Part shown: positions 8,887 through 17,685 of the stretch, in pieces
How positions within the stretch are numbered: position 1 is the first letter of the stretch
Layout of the letters: the number at the start of each line of letters is the position of its first letter
Assembly (NCBI GenBank): GCA_963700755.1
Contig: CAVOYW010000002.1
Span: 46,968-110,967, forward strand
DNA from: an uncultured Acidimicrobiales bacterium
GTDB taxonomy: Bacteria; Actinomycetota; Acidimicrobiia; Acidimicrobiales; SZUA-35
Direction of reading: 5' to 3'
DNA: 64,000 nt
Translations under genes and position numbers: made by a program
Notes under the pieces: generated by a model
Seen by the model: the letters and a program-made list of their open reading frames with translations, nothing else
Databases searched by the model: none
Told to the model about the DNA's origin: nothing

Positions 8887-9647
8887 TGGCCTTCGAGACC
8901 GGTTGGCTCCAGCGCCCGCTGAAGACCGTCCTGCGCCCCGTGATCGAACGCCTGTGGGACATCGAGATCATCGGTCTGCAGAACGTTCCGGGCACGGGTC
9001 CGGCCCTGATCACGCCAAACCACATGGCGTTCATCGATTCGGTCTTCACCACGTTCATCATGCCCCGTCGCACGCTTGCCGTCGGCAAGGCCGAATACAT
9101 GGACAGCTGGAAGACCAAGTACATCTTTCCGGCCACCGGGATGATCCCCATCGACCGCTCCGGCGGCGCAGCCAGTGCCGACGCCCTCGAGGCGGCGGCC
9201 CAATCGCTGCTGGCGGGTGAACTCTTCTTGATCTACCCCGAGGGAACACGGACCCGCGACGGCTACCTGCACAAGGGTCGCACGGGGGCCGCCCGCCTGG
9301 CGCTGCGAACCGGTGCGCCGATCATCCCCGTCGGGCTCCGGGGCACCGCCGCCATCCAGCCGGTCGATACCACCAAACCCCGGTTCGGCCTGCCCTGTGA
9401 GATTCGCATCGGTCGTCCGATCGACGTCAGCCGCTTCCGGGACAAGACCGACGATCGCCGCCTGCTCCGCCAGATCACCGACGAGATGATGTTCGAGATC
9501 GCCGAACTGTCGGGCCAGACCTACGTGAACGTCTATGCGGGTGATCCGCTGCCCGACTCCCTGCCGCCAGAGGCACCCGCGGTCGAGCTCCGGAGCGGAC
9601 CCGGCAGCACCCATGCGGTCGAGGTTCCCTCGTCGGTCGTCGCCTGA
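8886..9647 (+). CDS. 1-acyl-sn-glycerol-3-phosphate acyltransferase (PlsC family)
   Basis: The motifs are PNHMAFIDS (HX4D) and IYPEGTRTRDG. ATG at 8886 overlaps the FadD stop as TGATG. Confidence 0.85.
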   Translation: MAFETGWLQRPLKTVLRPVIERLWDIEIIGLQNVPGTGPALITPNHMAFIDSVFTTFIMPRRTLAVGKAEYMDSWKTKYIFPATGMIPIDRSGGAASADALEAAAQSLLAGELFLIYPEGTRTRDGYLHKGRTGAARLALRTGAPIIPVGLRGTAAIQPVDTTKPRFGLPCEIRIGRPIDVSRFRDKTDDRRLLRQITDEMMFEIAELSGQTYVNVYAGDPLPDSLPPEAPAVELRSGPGSTHAVEVPSSVVA

Positions 9648-9666
9648 TCGTGTCCCGGTCGGTCCG

Positions 9667-10206
9667 ATGAACGAACCGGTAACCGACCCGGTGAACCAGG
9701 CCGTCGACAAGCGCTCGCTGAAGGCGCGCCTGATCGTCGGCGCCGTGCTCCTCGCCGGTCTCGTCTTCGCCTGGATCATGGGCAGCGCGGTGATCCCCCG
9801 ATGGTGGGGCCGTCGGATCGGTGATCTGGTCGACGGTCGGCTGTTCTACGGGAGCTTCCTCGGTGTCGTGATCGGCGCGGTCCTGACGCTCGTTCCGCTG
9901 ATGGTGCTCCTGATCGGCTGGCACTTTCGAGGCGGATGGAAACGGGGCCTCGGCTTCGTGCTGCTGGCCGGGATGTTGGCCACGCCGAATCTGGCCACGC
10001 TCGGGATCGTCGTCGGCGACGGCAGCGCGGCCCATGCCGGCGAGCGGATCCTCGACGTCGACGGACCGGGTTTCCGCGGCGGCACCCTGGTCGGTGTCGT
10101 GTTGGGCGCCCTGGCCGCCGTCGGACTCTGGTTTCTCACCTGGTCACGTCGCCGGAACAAGACCAAATTGAAGCAGCTGACCGCCGAACGCGCCGAGGAG
10201 TCGTGA
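9667..10206 (+). CDS. Hypothetical integral membrane protein (about 4 TM helices)
   Basis: The start is ATG at 9667 (MNEPVTDP). Four hydrophobic helices are visible, for example LIVGAVLLAGLVFAWIMG and VVLGALAAVGLWFLTW. I recognise no family. Confidence 0.6.
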   Translation: MNEPVTDPVNQAVDKRSLKARLIVGAVLLAGLVFAWIMGSAVIPRWWGRRIGDLVDGRLFYGSFLGVVIGAVLTLVPLMVLLIGWHFRGGWKRGLGFVLLAGMLATPNLATLGIVVGDGSAAHAGERILDVDGPGFRGGTLVGVVLGALAAVGLWFLTWSRRRNKTKLKQLTAERAEES

Positions 10207-10232
10207 CCGACGGCCCACCAGGAGGTTCAACC

Positions 10233-11153
10233 ATGGGAATCCGAGTCGCCGACGTTGCGTTCGTGCGCTTTGCCGCCCCCGACCTCGACGAGATGGAGTC
10301 GTTCCTCGTCGACTTCGGTCTGGTGCGCAGCGAGCGGACCGCCGACACGTTGTTCATGCGGGGTGTCGACGACGAAGGCTTCGTCCACGTCACCCATCTC
10401 GCCGAGGCACCGGCGTTCCTCGGCTTTGCGTTCGATGCCGAGTCGGTCGACGATCTCGAAACGCTGTCGGCACGCGACGACGTCTCGCCTGTGTTCGATC
10501 TCGAGGGCCCCGGTGGTGGCCGGACCGTGCGGCTGACCGACCCCGACGGATTCGAGATCGAGGTCGTCGCCGGCCGTGGGTCGGTCGGGGCGCTTGGTCT
10601 CGGTCGGTCGCTGGTCCACAACGACGCGCGGTCCCGGTCGCGGTTGGGGGAGCCGCTGCGGGTGAGCGCCGGGCCGTCGCAGGTGAAACGGCTGGGCCAC
10701 GTCGTGCTGAACGTGACCGACTTCGCGGTCTCGCAGTCGTGGTACAAGGAATGGTTCGGCCTGATCACCTCCGACGAGATCGTCCTCGATGAGCAGCGCT
10801 CGCTCGGGGCGTTCCTGCGCTGTGATCGCGGTGAACGGTTCGTCGATCATCACACCCTGTTCCTCATCGGGGCGGGATCGCCGTCGTTCAATCATGCTGC
10901 TTTCGAGGTCGTGAACGTCGACGATCTCATGGCCGGTCACACCCATCTCGGCGATCGAGACCGGCGTCACCATTGGGGCGTGGGCCGCCACGTGCTCGGC
11001 AGTCAGGTCTACGACTACTGGTGCGATCCCTGGGGTCAGGTGGTCGAACACTGGACCGACGGCGACCTGTTCGATGCGTCGACGCCGCCGGGCCGGGCCG
11101 GGTTGTCGGAACTGATGGGTTCGCAGTGGGGCCCGACCCACACCCGGCCGTGA
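10233..11153 (+). CDS. VOC-family (glyoxalase / extradiol dioxygenase-like) two-domain protein
   Basis: ATG at 10233 follows GGAGG. The two repeated VOC modules are VAFVRFAAPDLDEMESFLVDFGL...DPDGFEIEVV and LGHVVLNVTDFAVSQSWYKEWFGL...NHAAFEV. Confidence 0.8.
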   Translation: MGIRVADVAFVRFAAPDLDEMESFLVDFGLVRSERTADTLFMRGVDDEGFVHVTHLAEAPAFLGFAFDAESVDDLETLSARDDVSPVFDLEGPGGGRTVRLTDPDGFEIEVVAGRGSVGALGLGRSLVHNDARSRSRLGEPLRVSAGPSQVKRLGHVVLNVTDFAVSQSWYKEWFGLITSDEIVLDEQRSLGAFLRCDRGERFVDHHTLFLIGAGSPSFNHAAFEVVNVDDLMAGHTHLGDRDRRHHWGVGRHVLGSQVYDYWCDPWGQVVEHWTDGDLFDASTPPGRAGLSELMGSQWGPTHTRP

Positions 11154-11163
11154 GGAGCGCACC

Positions 11164-12768
11164 ATGACCGAAACCCCCGCCGCCGCCGTCTCGAGCCCGC
11201 GTCGGCCGAACGTCCTGTTCGTGATCACCGATCAGCAGCGGGCCGACCATGCCGGCTTTGCCGGCAATCCGGTGGTGCGGACCCCGCATCTCGATGCGCT
11301 GGCCGCCCGGGGCACCGTGTTCGAGTCGGCCTGGGTGGCCAACCCGATCTGCATGCCGAATCGCTCGACCATCATGACCGGCCGCATGCCCAGCGCCCAT
11401 GGGGTGATCTTCAACGATCGGTCCCTCGACTGGGGCGCCAACACGTTCGTCCGCTCCTTCGCCGATGCCGGATGGCGAACGGCCCTGATCGGGAAGTCCC
11501 ACCTGCAACACGGCATGAGCCGAAACTCGGTCATGCGGACCGATCGCGCTCCGGTCGGGGTCGACCCGTGGCCTCGAGGGTGGAACACGCTCGAGGACTT
11601 CGAGCACTTCCTCGACGGTGTCCCCGACTTCCCGGACTCGTTCTACGGGTTCGATCACGTGGAACTCTCGATCGACCACGGTGCCCGGATCACCGGGCAC
11701 CACCTGCACTGGGCACTCGATCGGGGTGGTCGCTACGAGGACCTGGTGGTGCCCATGTCCGACGAGGCACCGGCCCGGCGCCGCTCCGACCGGTGGTGGC
11801 AGGTCTACGAGCCGCCCTATGGGCCCGAACTGCATTCGACGACCTTCGTCACCGAGCGCACCATTGCCTTCATCGAGGAGGCCTCGGCCGAGGATCGCCC
11901 ATGGCTGGCGTTCGCGTCGTTCCCCGACCCGCACCATCCGATGACGCCACCGGGCGAATGGTTCGATCGTCACGATCCCGCCGACATGGAGCTGTCGCCC
12001 TCGATCGACGACCCGCTCGAGTCGGCACCGGCGTACCTGCGCCACTTCCAACAGACCCCACCGACCGAACAGCGGGGTTGGGTGGGGATGTGCGGTGCCA
12101 CCGACCATCAGGTGATGCGCGAGATGCTCGCCACCACCTACGGCCTCATCGAGATGATCGACGACGGAGTGGGCGCGGTGTTGGCGGCCATCGAGCGGCT
12201 CGGTCAGACCGACGACACGATCGTGGTCTTCACGTCGGATCACGGCGACATGATGGGTGATCACGGGCTCATGCTGAAGGGGTTCATGCCCTACCGAGGG
12301 ACCACCTCGGTCCCCCTGGTGATCGTGGATCCGTCGCGGTCGGCGGCTCGTACCGCGTCGCTGGCGGGCAGCATCGATCTCGGCCCGACACTGCTCGATC
12401 TGGTCGGGCTCCCGGGGTACGAGGGGATCCAGGGTCGGAGTCTCGTGCCACTGCTCGACGATCCGGCCGCAGCGGTGCGTGATGCTCTGCTGATCGAAGA
12501 CGACCTCCCATCCGGGATCGCGGCCCGCTCACCCATCCCGGCCAAGAGCCGCACGGTGGTGACCACCGACAACGGTGGCCGCACGGCCAAGTACACCCGT
12601 TTCAGCTCGGGTGAGGACCTGCTGTTCGATCTGACGGCCGACCCGCTGGAGCGACACGATCGATCGACCGACGACGCGGTCTTGCGTGCTCAGATGATCG
12701 AGCGGCTCACCGACACCCTGATCGCCTCGGCCGACGACGCCCGCGGCACGCCGACCCGCTCGGCCTGA
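11164..12768 (+). CDS. Sulfatase (arylsulfatase family)
   Basis: The motifs are PNVLFVITDQQRADH, CMPNRSTIMTG (the CxPxR formylglycine motif), and SDHGDMMGDHG. Confidence 0.9.
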   Translation: MTETPAAAVSSPRRPNVLFVITDQQRADHAGFAGNPVVRTPHLDALAARGTVFESAWVANPICMPNRSTIMTGRMPSAHGVIFNDRSLDWGANTFVRSFADAGWRTALIGKSHLQHGMSRNSVMRTDRAPVGVDPWPRGWNTLEDFEHFLDGVPDFPDSFYGFDHVELSIDHGARITGHHLHWALDRGGRYEDLVVPMSDEAPARRRSDRWWQVYEPPYGPELHSTTFVTERTIAFIEEASAEDRPWLAFASFPDPHHPMTPPGEWFDRHDPADMELSPSIDDPLESAPAYLRHFQQTPPTEQRGWVGMCGATDHQVMREMLATTYGLIEMIDDGVGAVLAAIERLGQTDDTIVVFTSDHGDMMGDHGLMLKGFMPYRGTTSVPLVIVDPSRSAARTASLAGSIDLGPTLLDLVGLPGYEGIQGRSLVPLLDDPAAAVRDALLIEDDLPSGIAARSPIPAKSRTVVTTDNGGRTAKYTRFSSGEDLLFDLTADPLERHDRSTDDAVLRAQMIERLTDTLIASADDARGTPTRSA

Positions 12769-12787
12769 TTCCGCCGACTCGGCTGCG

Positions 12788-12882
12788 GCACCCGTCCACC
12801 CGTTCTGGCGGGGTTGCGCACCCGTCCACCCGTTCTGGCGGGGTTGCGCACCCGTCCACCCGTTCTGGCGGGGTTGCGCACC
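12788..12882. repeat. Tandem array, about 3.2 x 30 bp (GCACCCGTCCACCCGTTCTGGCGGGGTTGC)
   Basis: Three perfect units start at 12788, 12818 and 12848, followed by a partial fourth. The array lies between the sulfatase stop and panE. Confidence 0.95.
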
Positions 12883-12945
12883 GGCCGGGGGACGCAGGCC
12901 CGCCAGAAGTTCGACAGAGGTGCGGTGGCTCGCCAGAATGCGAGC

Positions 12946-14037
12946 GTGACCGATCCTGCTCCCGACGATCCTGCTCCCGACGATTCTGCTGCCGACGATT
13001 CCGGCTCTCACGGTTCCGGCTCTCACGGTTCCGGCTCTGACGGTTCCGGCTCTCACGGTTCCGGCTCTCACGGTTCCGGCTCTCACGATTCTGGTTGTGG
13101 CGATCCTGGTTCTGGCGCGGCCGATGACGGGACGTCCGGGCCCGCCCGTGAGTCGGTCGTGGTCATCGGACCGGGCGCGATCGGTGGCGCGGTCGCCGGC
13201 GCCTTGATCCAGGCCGGGCACGATCCCGCTCTGGTGATGCGCTCGCCCTTCTCGACACTCGACGTCACCCTGCCCGACGGATCGGTCCGCGCCGAGGTGC
13301 GGGCCCTGACCGATCGCTCATCGGTCGGACCCGCCGATCAGGTGATCGTGGCCGTCAAGGCCCATCAGACCGGCACCATCGTGCCGTGGCTCGACGTGCT
13401 CGTCGACGACGACACCATGGTGACCATCCTCCAGAACGGTGTCGAGCACGTCGAGCGGTTTCGTCCGCTGGTGGCCTCGGGGGCCGAACTCGTACCGGTC
13501 GTGGTGGCGCTGCCGGCGCAGCGAACGGGACCCGGATCGGTCGTCGTCGGAGGGCGGGCCCGACTGACCGCCCCCCGGGGTGTCGGCGGTGACCGCCTGG
13601 CCGCCCTGCTGGCCGGAACGTTCATCGATGTCGTCCTGACCGAGGACTGGCCAACGGCGGCCTGGACCAAGCTCATGCTCAATGCGGCCTCGGGTGGGAT
13701 CTGTGTGTTCGCCGGGTCGGGCAACGGCCTGTTCGCCACCGACGGCGAGGCTTCCGCCCTGGCCGTGATGCTCATGGAGGAGGTCGCCGAGGTTGGGCGG
13801 GCCGAGGGCGCCCGGCTCGCCGGTGATCTCCCCGAGCGGGTCATGCGAGGTCTCGTCGACCGAGCCGGGGGGCATCGCAGCTCGATCGTGGTCGATCGGC
13901 TCGAGGGCCGGCCGATCGAGTGGGAGGCCCGCAACGGCGTCGTGGCCCGAGTCGCGCAGCGACACGGGATCGACGTTCCCCTGAATCGGCTGCTCGCGAC
14001 CCTGCTCCGACTGAGCGAGCCGACGATCGGGCCCTGA
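12946..14037 (+). CDS. panE: 2-dehydropantoate 2-reductase (ketopantoate reductase, PanE/ApbA family); start uncertain
   Basis: The Rossmann motif VVVIGPGAIGGAVAGAL is followed by VKAHQT and ILQNGV. GTG at 12946 would add a repeat-encoded D/S/G/P-rich leader. An alternative GTG lies at about 13156, right at the Rossmann fold. Confidence 0.8.
   Translation: MTDPAPDDPAPDDSAADDSGSHGSGSHGSGSDGSGSHGSGSHGSGSHDSGCGDPGSGAADDGTSGPARESVVVIGPGAIGGAVAGALIQAGHDPALVMRSPFSTLDVTLPDGSVRAEVRALTDRSSVGPADQVIVAVKAHQTGTIVPWLDVLVDDDTMVTILQNGVEHVERFRPLVASGAELVPVVVALPAQRTGPGSVVVGGRARLTAPRGVGGDRLAALLAGTFIDVVLTEDWPTAAWTKLMLNAASGGICVFAGSGNGLFATDGEASALAVMLMEEVAEVGRAEGARLAGDLPERVMRGLVDRAGGHRSSIVVDRLEGRPIEWEARNGVVARVAQRHGIDVPLNRLLATLLRLSEPTIGP
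12952..13116 (+). repeat. In-frame tandem array, 11 x 15 bp with a divergence gradient (GATCCTGCTCCCGAC to GGTTCCGGCTCTCAC to GATCCTGGTTCTGGC)
   Basis: Read directly from the sequence. It would encode DPAPD, DSAAD, (GSGSH)n and DSGCG if translated. Confidence 0.95.
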
Positions 14038-14189
14038 TCGACGTCGCTGTCCGCTTTCCCCTCGAGGCCGCGGCCCGGGTGATCGTGCCCTTTTCTCGTG
14101 ATTGGCTCGCATCATTGTCCGATAGTCCGTACATTTGAAGGCGGGTCGGGCATCGGGCGCTCGGCTGCAGACCGGATGAAGGGAATCCC

Positions 14190-15065
14190 ATGCGCGGACT
14201 ACTGGCCAGCCCCCTGGCCCTGCTCATCGGACTGTCGCTCGGCGCGCTCGGAGGCGGCGGTTCGATCCTGGCCATCCCGGCCCTGGTCTACGGCGCCGGG
14301 CAGGACGCCCGTTCCGCCACCTCGACCAGCCTCTTGATCGTCGGTCTGTCGGCGCTCATGAGCCTCACCGATCACGCCCGACGGGGCAACGTCCGCTGGT
14401 CATCGGGTCTTGCCTTCGGGGTGGCCGGGATCGGTGGGAACGTGATCGGCACCCACCTCAATCGCAGCGTCGACCCCGATCTGCTGCTGCTGGTCTTCAG
14501 CGGGCTCATGGTGGTCTCGGGGGTGGCCATGTTGCGTCGTTCCCGAGGTTCGGCCCCGGCGGCACGACGAGTTGATCAGGCGGTTGGGGCATCGGTGTCG
14601 ACGGCCTCGGGGTCGACCGTCGCCATCGGCGAATCCGGGTCCGCCGATGGACACGAACCCGCCACCGACGAGCCCGGCGGGACGATCGACAAGGGCCGTG
14701 TCCTGCGGATCGTGGCTGCCGGATCCCTCGTCGGCCTGCTGACCGGCTTCTTCGGTGTCGGTGGTGGCTTCGTGATCGTGCCGGCCCTGGTGCTGAGCCT
14801 CGGGTTCGCCATGCCCGAAGCGGTTGGGACGTCGCTCTTGATCATTGCCGTGAACGCAGGCGTGGCCCTTGCGCTGCGGGCGGGCGAGACCTCGATCGAC
14901 TGGTCCGTCGCCGGTCCGTTCGTGGTGGCGGCGGGGATCGGCGCCGTGCTTGGCAGCCGGGTTGCCTCGAAGGTCGATGCCGCTCGGCTGACCCGGTGGT
15001 TCGTCATGTTGTTGTTCGTGATCGCCGCCTACACCGCCGTGAGGAGTGCCGTCGCCCTGGCCTGA
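14190..15065 (+). CDS. TauE/SafE-family (sulfite exporter-like) membrane protein
   Basis: The two halves are GALGGGGSILAIPALVY and GFFGVGGGFVIVPALVL, the duplicated TauE signature. The protein is polytopic. Confidence 0.85.
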   Translation: MRGLLASPLALLIGLSLGALGGGGSILAIPALVYGAGQDARSATSTSLLIVGLSALMSLTDHARRGNVRWSSGLAFGVAGIGGNVIGTHLNRSVDPDLLLLVFSGLMVVSGVAMLRRSRGSAPAARRVDQAVGASVSTASGSTVAIGESGSADGHEPATDEPGGTIDKGRVLRIVAAGSLVGLLTGFFGVGGGFVIVPALVLSLGFAMPEAVGTSLLIIAVNAGVALALRAGETSIDWSVAGPFVVAAGIGAVLGSRVASKVDAARLTRWFVMLLFVIAAYTAVRSAVALA

Positions 15066-15101
15066 GTGGGTCGGCCCTGGCCTGACTGGAGGAGCGCGGG
15101 C

Positions 15102-17564
15102 CTACTCGGCGGGCTCGATGGTGTCGATCGGCCAGCAATTGCCGCTGTCGAGCGATTCGAGCTGGTGGAGCCCGTTGGCGATGCGGGTGCACAGCTTGTC
15201 GGGAACTCCGCCGGGGCTGCCGATGTCGGCCAGGGTCCCTTCGAAGTTCGATGCGTCGTCCCAAACGACCCAGGCGCCGGTGCCATCGGAGTAGGGCCCG
15301 GGCAGGCCGGCCGACTCGGGTTCGATGTTGGATCCGAAGATGTGGAGATGCAACGAATTGAGCGAGAAGAGCGCGGCGCCGTCTTCGGGGCTCCCGCGGT
15401 AGAAGGCCCGGATCAGCTCGCCGTCCCAGGTCACGTCCTGCATGCAGGCCCAGTTCTGCTTGGACCGGATCGCCTCGGTGCACTGCTCGTCGGGTTCCTG
15501 GTCGACCATGTCGTCGACGACGTCGGCGCCCTCGACAGAGGCGGCGTCGACGATCCGGGCGCGGGCCTGGTCGTCGAATACCCGACCGGTGAGTTCGACG
15601 GTCCGGCCACTCACGTCGACCGTCACGGGACTGAACGTCTCCTCGGCGACGGCGGCGACGGCGGCGGAGACCTCGGTCGGGTCGGGCATCGGTGACTCGG
15701 GCTCGGCGGTGGAACTGGTGGTGGTCGACTCCGAGGTCGTCGTCGCCGTGGTGCTCGACGCCGTGGGCGGGTCGGTGTCGCCGGCTGCGGTGTCATCGCC
15801 CCCCGACATCACGATGACCCCGCCGATCACGGCGGCCACCAGCAGGGCGCCGATCGCGGCCAGGAGCGGGATCCGACTGCGTCCGGCCGATTCGGGCTCT
15901 CGACTCCGGGCTGACCCCGGCGGGTCGAACGGAGGTGACGAGCCTGGACCCGACCCGTTCGGCGCATAGGTGGCACTACTGCCCTCGTGTGCGGAGGAGT
16001 GGGCGAACTCCGCTGCCGATGGGGGAGCGAACGCCGGAGGTGGCGAGGTGGTGAGGGTCTCGTTGGTGTTCGCCGAGGGGCCGGAATCGGTGGGGGCGGC
16101 CGCCGATGGGGTCGGGCCTGCGGTCGGGGTCGGGCCTGCAGCCGGGGTCGGGCCTGCGGTCGGGGTCGGGCCTGCAGCCGGGGTGGGGCCTGCGGTCGGG
16201 GTCGACCGGACATCGGGTGGCGGGCCCAGCGGTTCGGGTGTGGCGGGGGCCGGTGCCGCCGCAGCGGCTTCCCCGGCGGGTGTGGGTGCCGGTGGTGGGA
16301 CGATGGCCGCCGCCGCAGCGGGTGCGGCCGAGGGTGTGGGGGTCGGTGCGGGGGGTGGATCGGGCCACCGCGATTCGACCGGGGAGTCGGACTTCGGGGA
16401 CGGGACCTGGTTGGCGAGTAGGGCGGCAGCTGTTGCGGCGGCCGCAGTCGTCGCGACGGCCGCAGCCGTCGAGGCGGCCGACGCACCCGGCGACGAGCCA
16501 TACACCGCAGTACCGGCTGCGAGAGCAGCGCCGAGCGCGATGGCATGCTTGGGATGGGCGTCGACCGCAACCGGTCGGCCCAGTTCGGACCGGATCAACT
16601 GGGACACGAGCGGAATCCGCGACGAGCCCCCGACCAGGAGGACCGTGCTGATGTCGGAGTCGGTGATGTTGGCGTTGGCGATCGCTCGCTTCAGGGCGCC
16701 GATGCTGTCGTCGAGGCTCGGCCGGATCATCGTCTCGAACTCGCGACGGGTGAGCCGGACTTCGGTCTGCACGGTCGGGAGCAGGACCGGGATCGACACG
16801 TCGGTGTCGCTCGACAGCGCCTCCTTGGCGCCGACGCAGTCCTGGCGAACCCGGCTGACCGCCGTCAGCGATGCCGGGTCGTTCTCGTCGAGGGCCTCGA
16901 ATTCGTTGCCGAGACTGCGTACGACGTGGCGGAACACGGCGGCGTCGAAGTCGATCCCGCCGAGGCGCTCGATCCCTTCGGGCTGCCCGAGGATCTCGAA
17001 CCCCTCGACGGTCTTGCGGAGCACGGCGGCGTCGAAGGTGCCGCCACCGAGGTCGTAGACGGCGACGATCTGCCCCGGGGTGACCTGTTCCTTGGACGCG
17101 TAGTGGATGGCGGCGGCCTCGGGCTCGGTCAAGTAGGTGGCGACGCCGAGGTTGGCCATCCGGACGGCCTGGGCCAGGAGATCGAGTTTGTAGGGTCCCC
17201 AGTTCGCCGGGTGGCAAACGGCCAGGCCGGCGGCCGGTTCGCCCTGCCGCTGGGCGACCTCGTCGGCCACCCACCGTAGGAGCCGGGCCATCAATGCCTC
17301 GGCCGAATGGGGGCTGCCGCCGAGGAAGATCGGCGTGGTGTCGCCGACGCGCCGCTTGAATTCCCGGGCCACACGCTCGGGTTCGGTCACGCCCCGGCGA
17401 TTGGCCGCGTCGCCGGTCAGGATCGACAGATCCTCCTTGAGCAGCACGACCGATGGGATCGCTGCCGACTGATTGCCGAGGCTCGCGATCTCGGCGCGCC
17501 CGTCACGAAACGTCGCCGCAGCGGTGTATGCGGTACCGAGGTCGACCCCGAGTGCATAGGACAC
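15102..17564 (-). CDS. Hsp70-family ATPase fused to a Pro/Ala-rich linker, one TM helix and a Cys-containing C-terminal domain
   Basis: GTG at 17564 lies 9 nt after GGAGGG. The actin-like ATPase motifs are [13 protein letters not shown] and [14 protein letters not shown]. These are followed by a P/A/T-rich region, the TM helix [21 protein letters not shown], a BON-like stretch ([16 protein letters not shown]) and a domain containing four Cys residues. Confidence 0.85.
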   Translation of the reverse strand: MSYALGVDLGTAYTAAATFRDGRAEIASLGNQSAAIPSVVLLKEDLSILTGDAANRRGVTEPERVAREFKRRVGDTTPIFLGGSPHSAEALMARLLRWVADEVAQRQGEPAAGLAVCHPANWGPYKLDLLAQAVRMANLGVATYLTEPEAAAIHYASKEQVTPGQIVAVYDLGGGTFDAAVLRKTVEGFEILGQPEGIERLGGIDFDAAVFRHVVRSLGNEFEALDENDPASLTAVSRVRQDCVGAKEALSSDTDVSIPVLLPTVQTEVRLTRREFETMIRPSLDDSIGALKRAIANANITDSDISTVLLVGGSSRIPLVSQLIRSELGRPVAVDAHPKHAIALGAALAAGTAVYGSSPGASAASTAAAVATTAAAATAAALLANQVPSPKSDSPVESRWPDPPPAPTPTPSAAPAAAAAIVPPPAPTPAGEAAAAAPAPATPEPLGPPPDVRSTPTAGPTPAAGPTPTAGPTPAAGPTPTAGPTPSAAAPTDSGPSANTNETLTTSPPPAFAPPSAAEFAHSSAHEGSSATYAPNGSGPGSSPPFDPPGSARSREPESAGRSRIPLLAAIGALLVAAVIGGVIVMSGGDDTAAGDTDPPTASSTTATTTSESTTTSSTAEPESPMPDPTEVSAAVAAVAEETFSPVTVDVSGRTVELTGRVFDDQARARIVDAASVEGADVVDDMVDQEPDEQCTEAIRSKQNWACMQDVTWDGELIRAFYRGSPEDGAALFSLNSLHLHIFGSNIEPESAGLPGPYSDGTGAWVVWDDASNFEGTLADIGSPGGVPDKLCTRIANGLHQLESLDSGNCWPIDTIEPAE
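16108..16197 (-). repeat. In-frame tandem array, 5 x 18 bp (GGGGTCGGGCCTGC[GGTC/AGCC]), encoding [12 protein letters not shown] hexapeptides
   Basis: Read directly from the sequence. The array lies within the Pro-rich linker of the Hsp70-like gene. Confidence 0.9.
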
Positions 17565-17685
17565 GATGTGTTTCCCTCCAGAAATCTCGGGCCCGACCCT
17601 ACCCGAAGAGGCGATGGAAGGTCCATGGACCGCGGCCCGCCTAGGGTATTGGCGCACGCATTCCACCTCGCCAAGGGGTCCAGCC

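Noticed and set aside
12814-12945. The ORF-track start at 12814 would translate the 30-bp repeats as RTRPPVLAGL x3 at the N-terminus of PanE
   Set aside because: It begins inside a repeat unit with no RBS, only 46 nt after the sulfatase stop. PanE homologues start at the Rossmann fold. I keep GTG 12946 only as the longest plausible start.
14100-14189. A locally AT-richer stretch upstream of the TauE gene, considered as a promoter or riboswitch
   Set aside because: I could not fit a -35/-10 pair with correct spacing. I also recognised no riboswitch consensus by eye.
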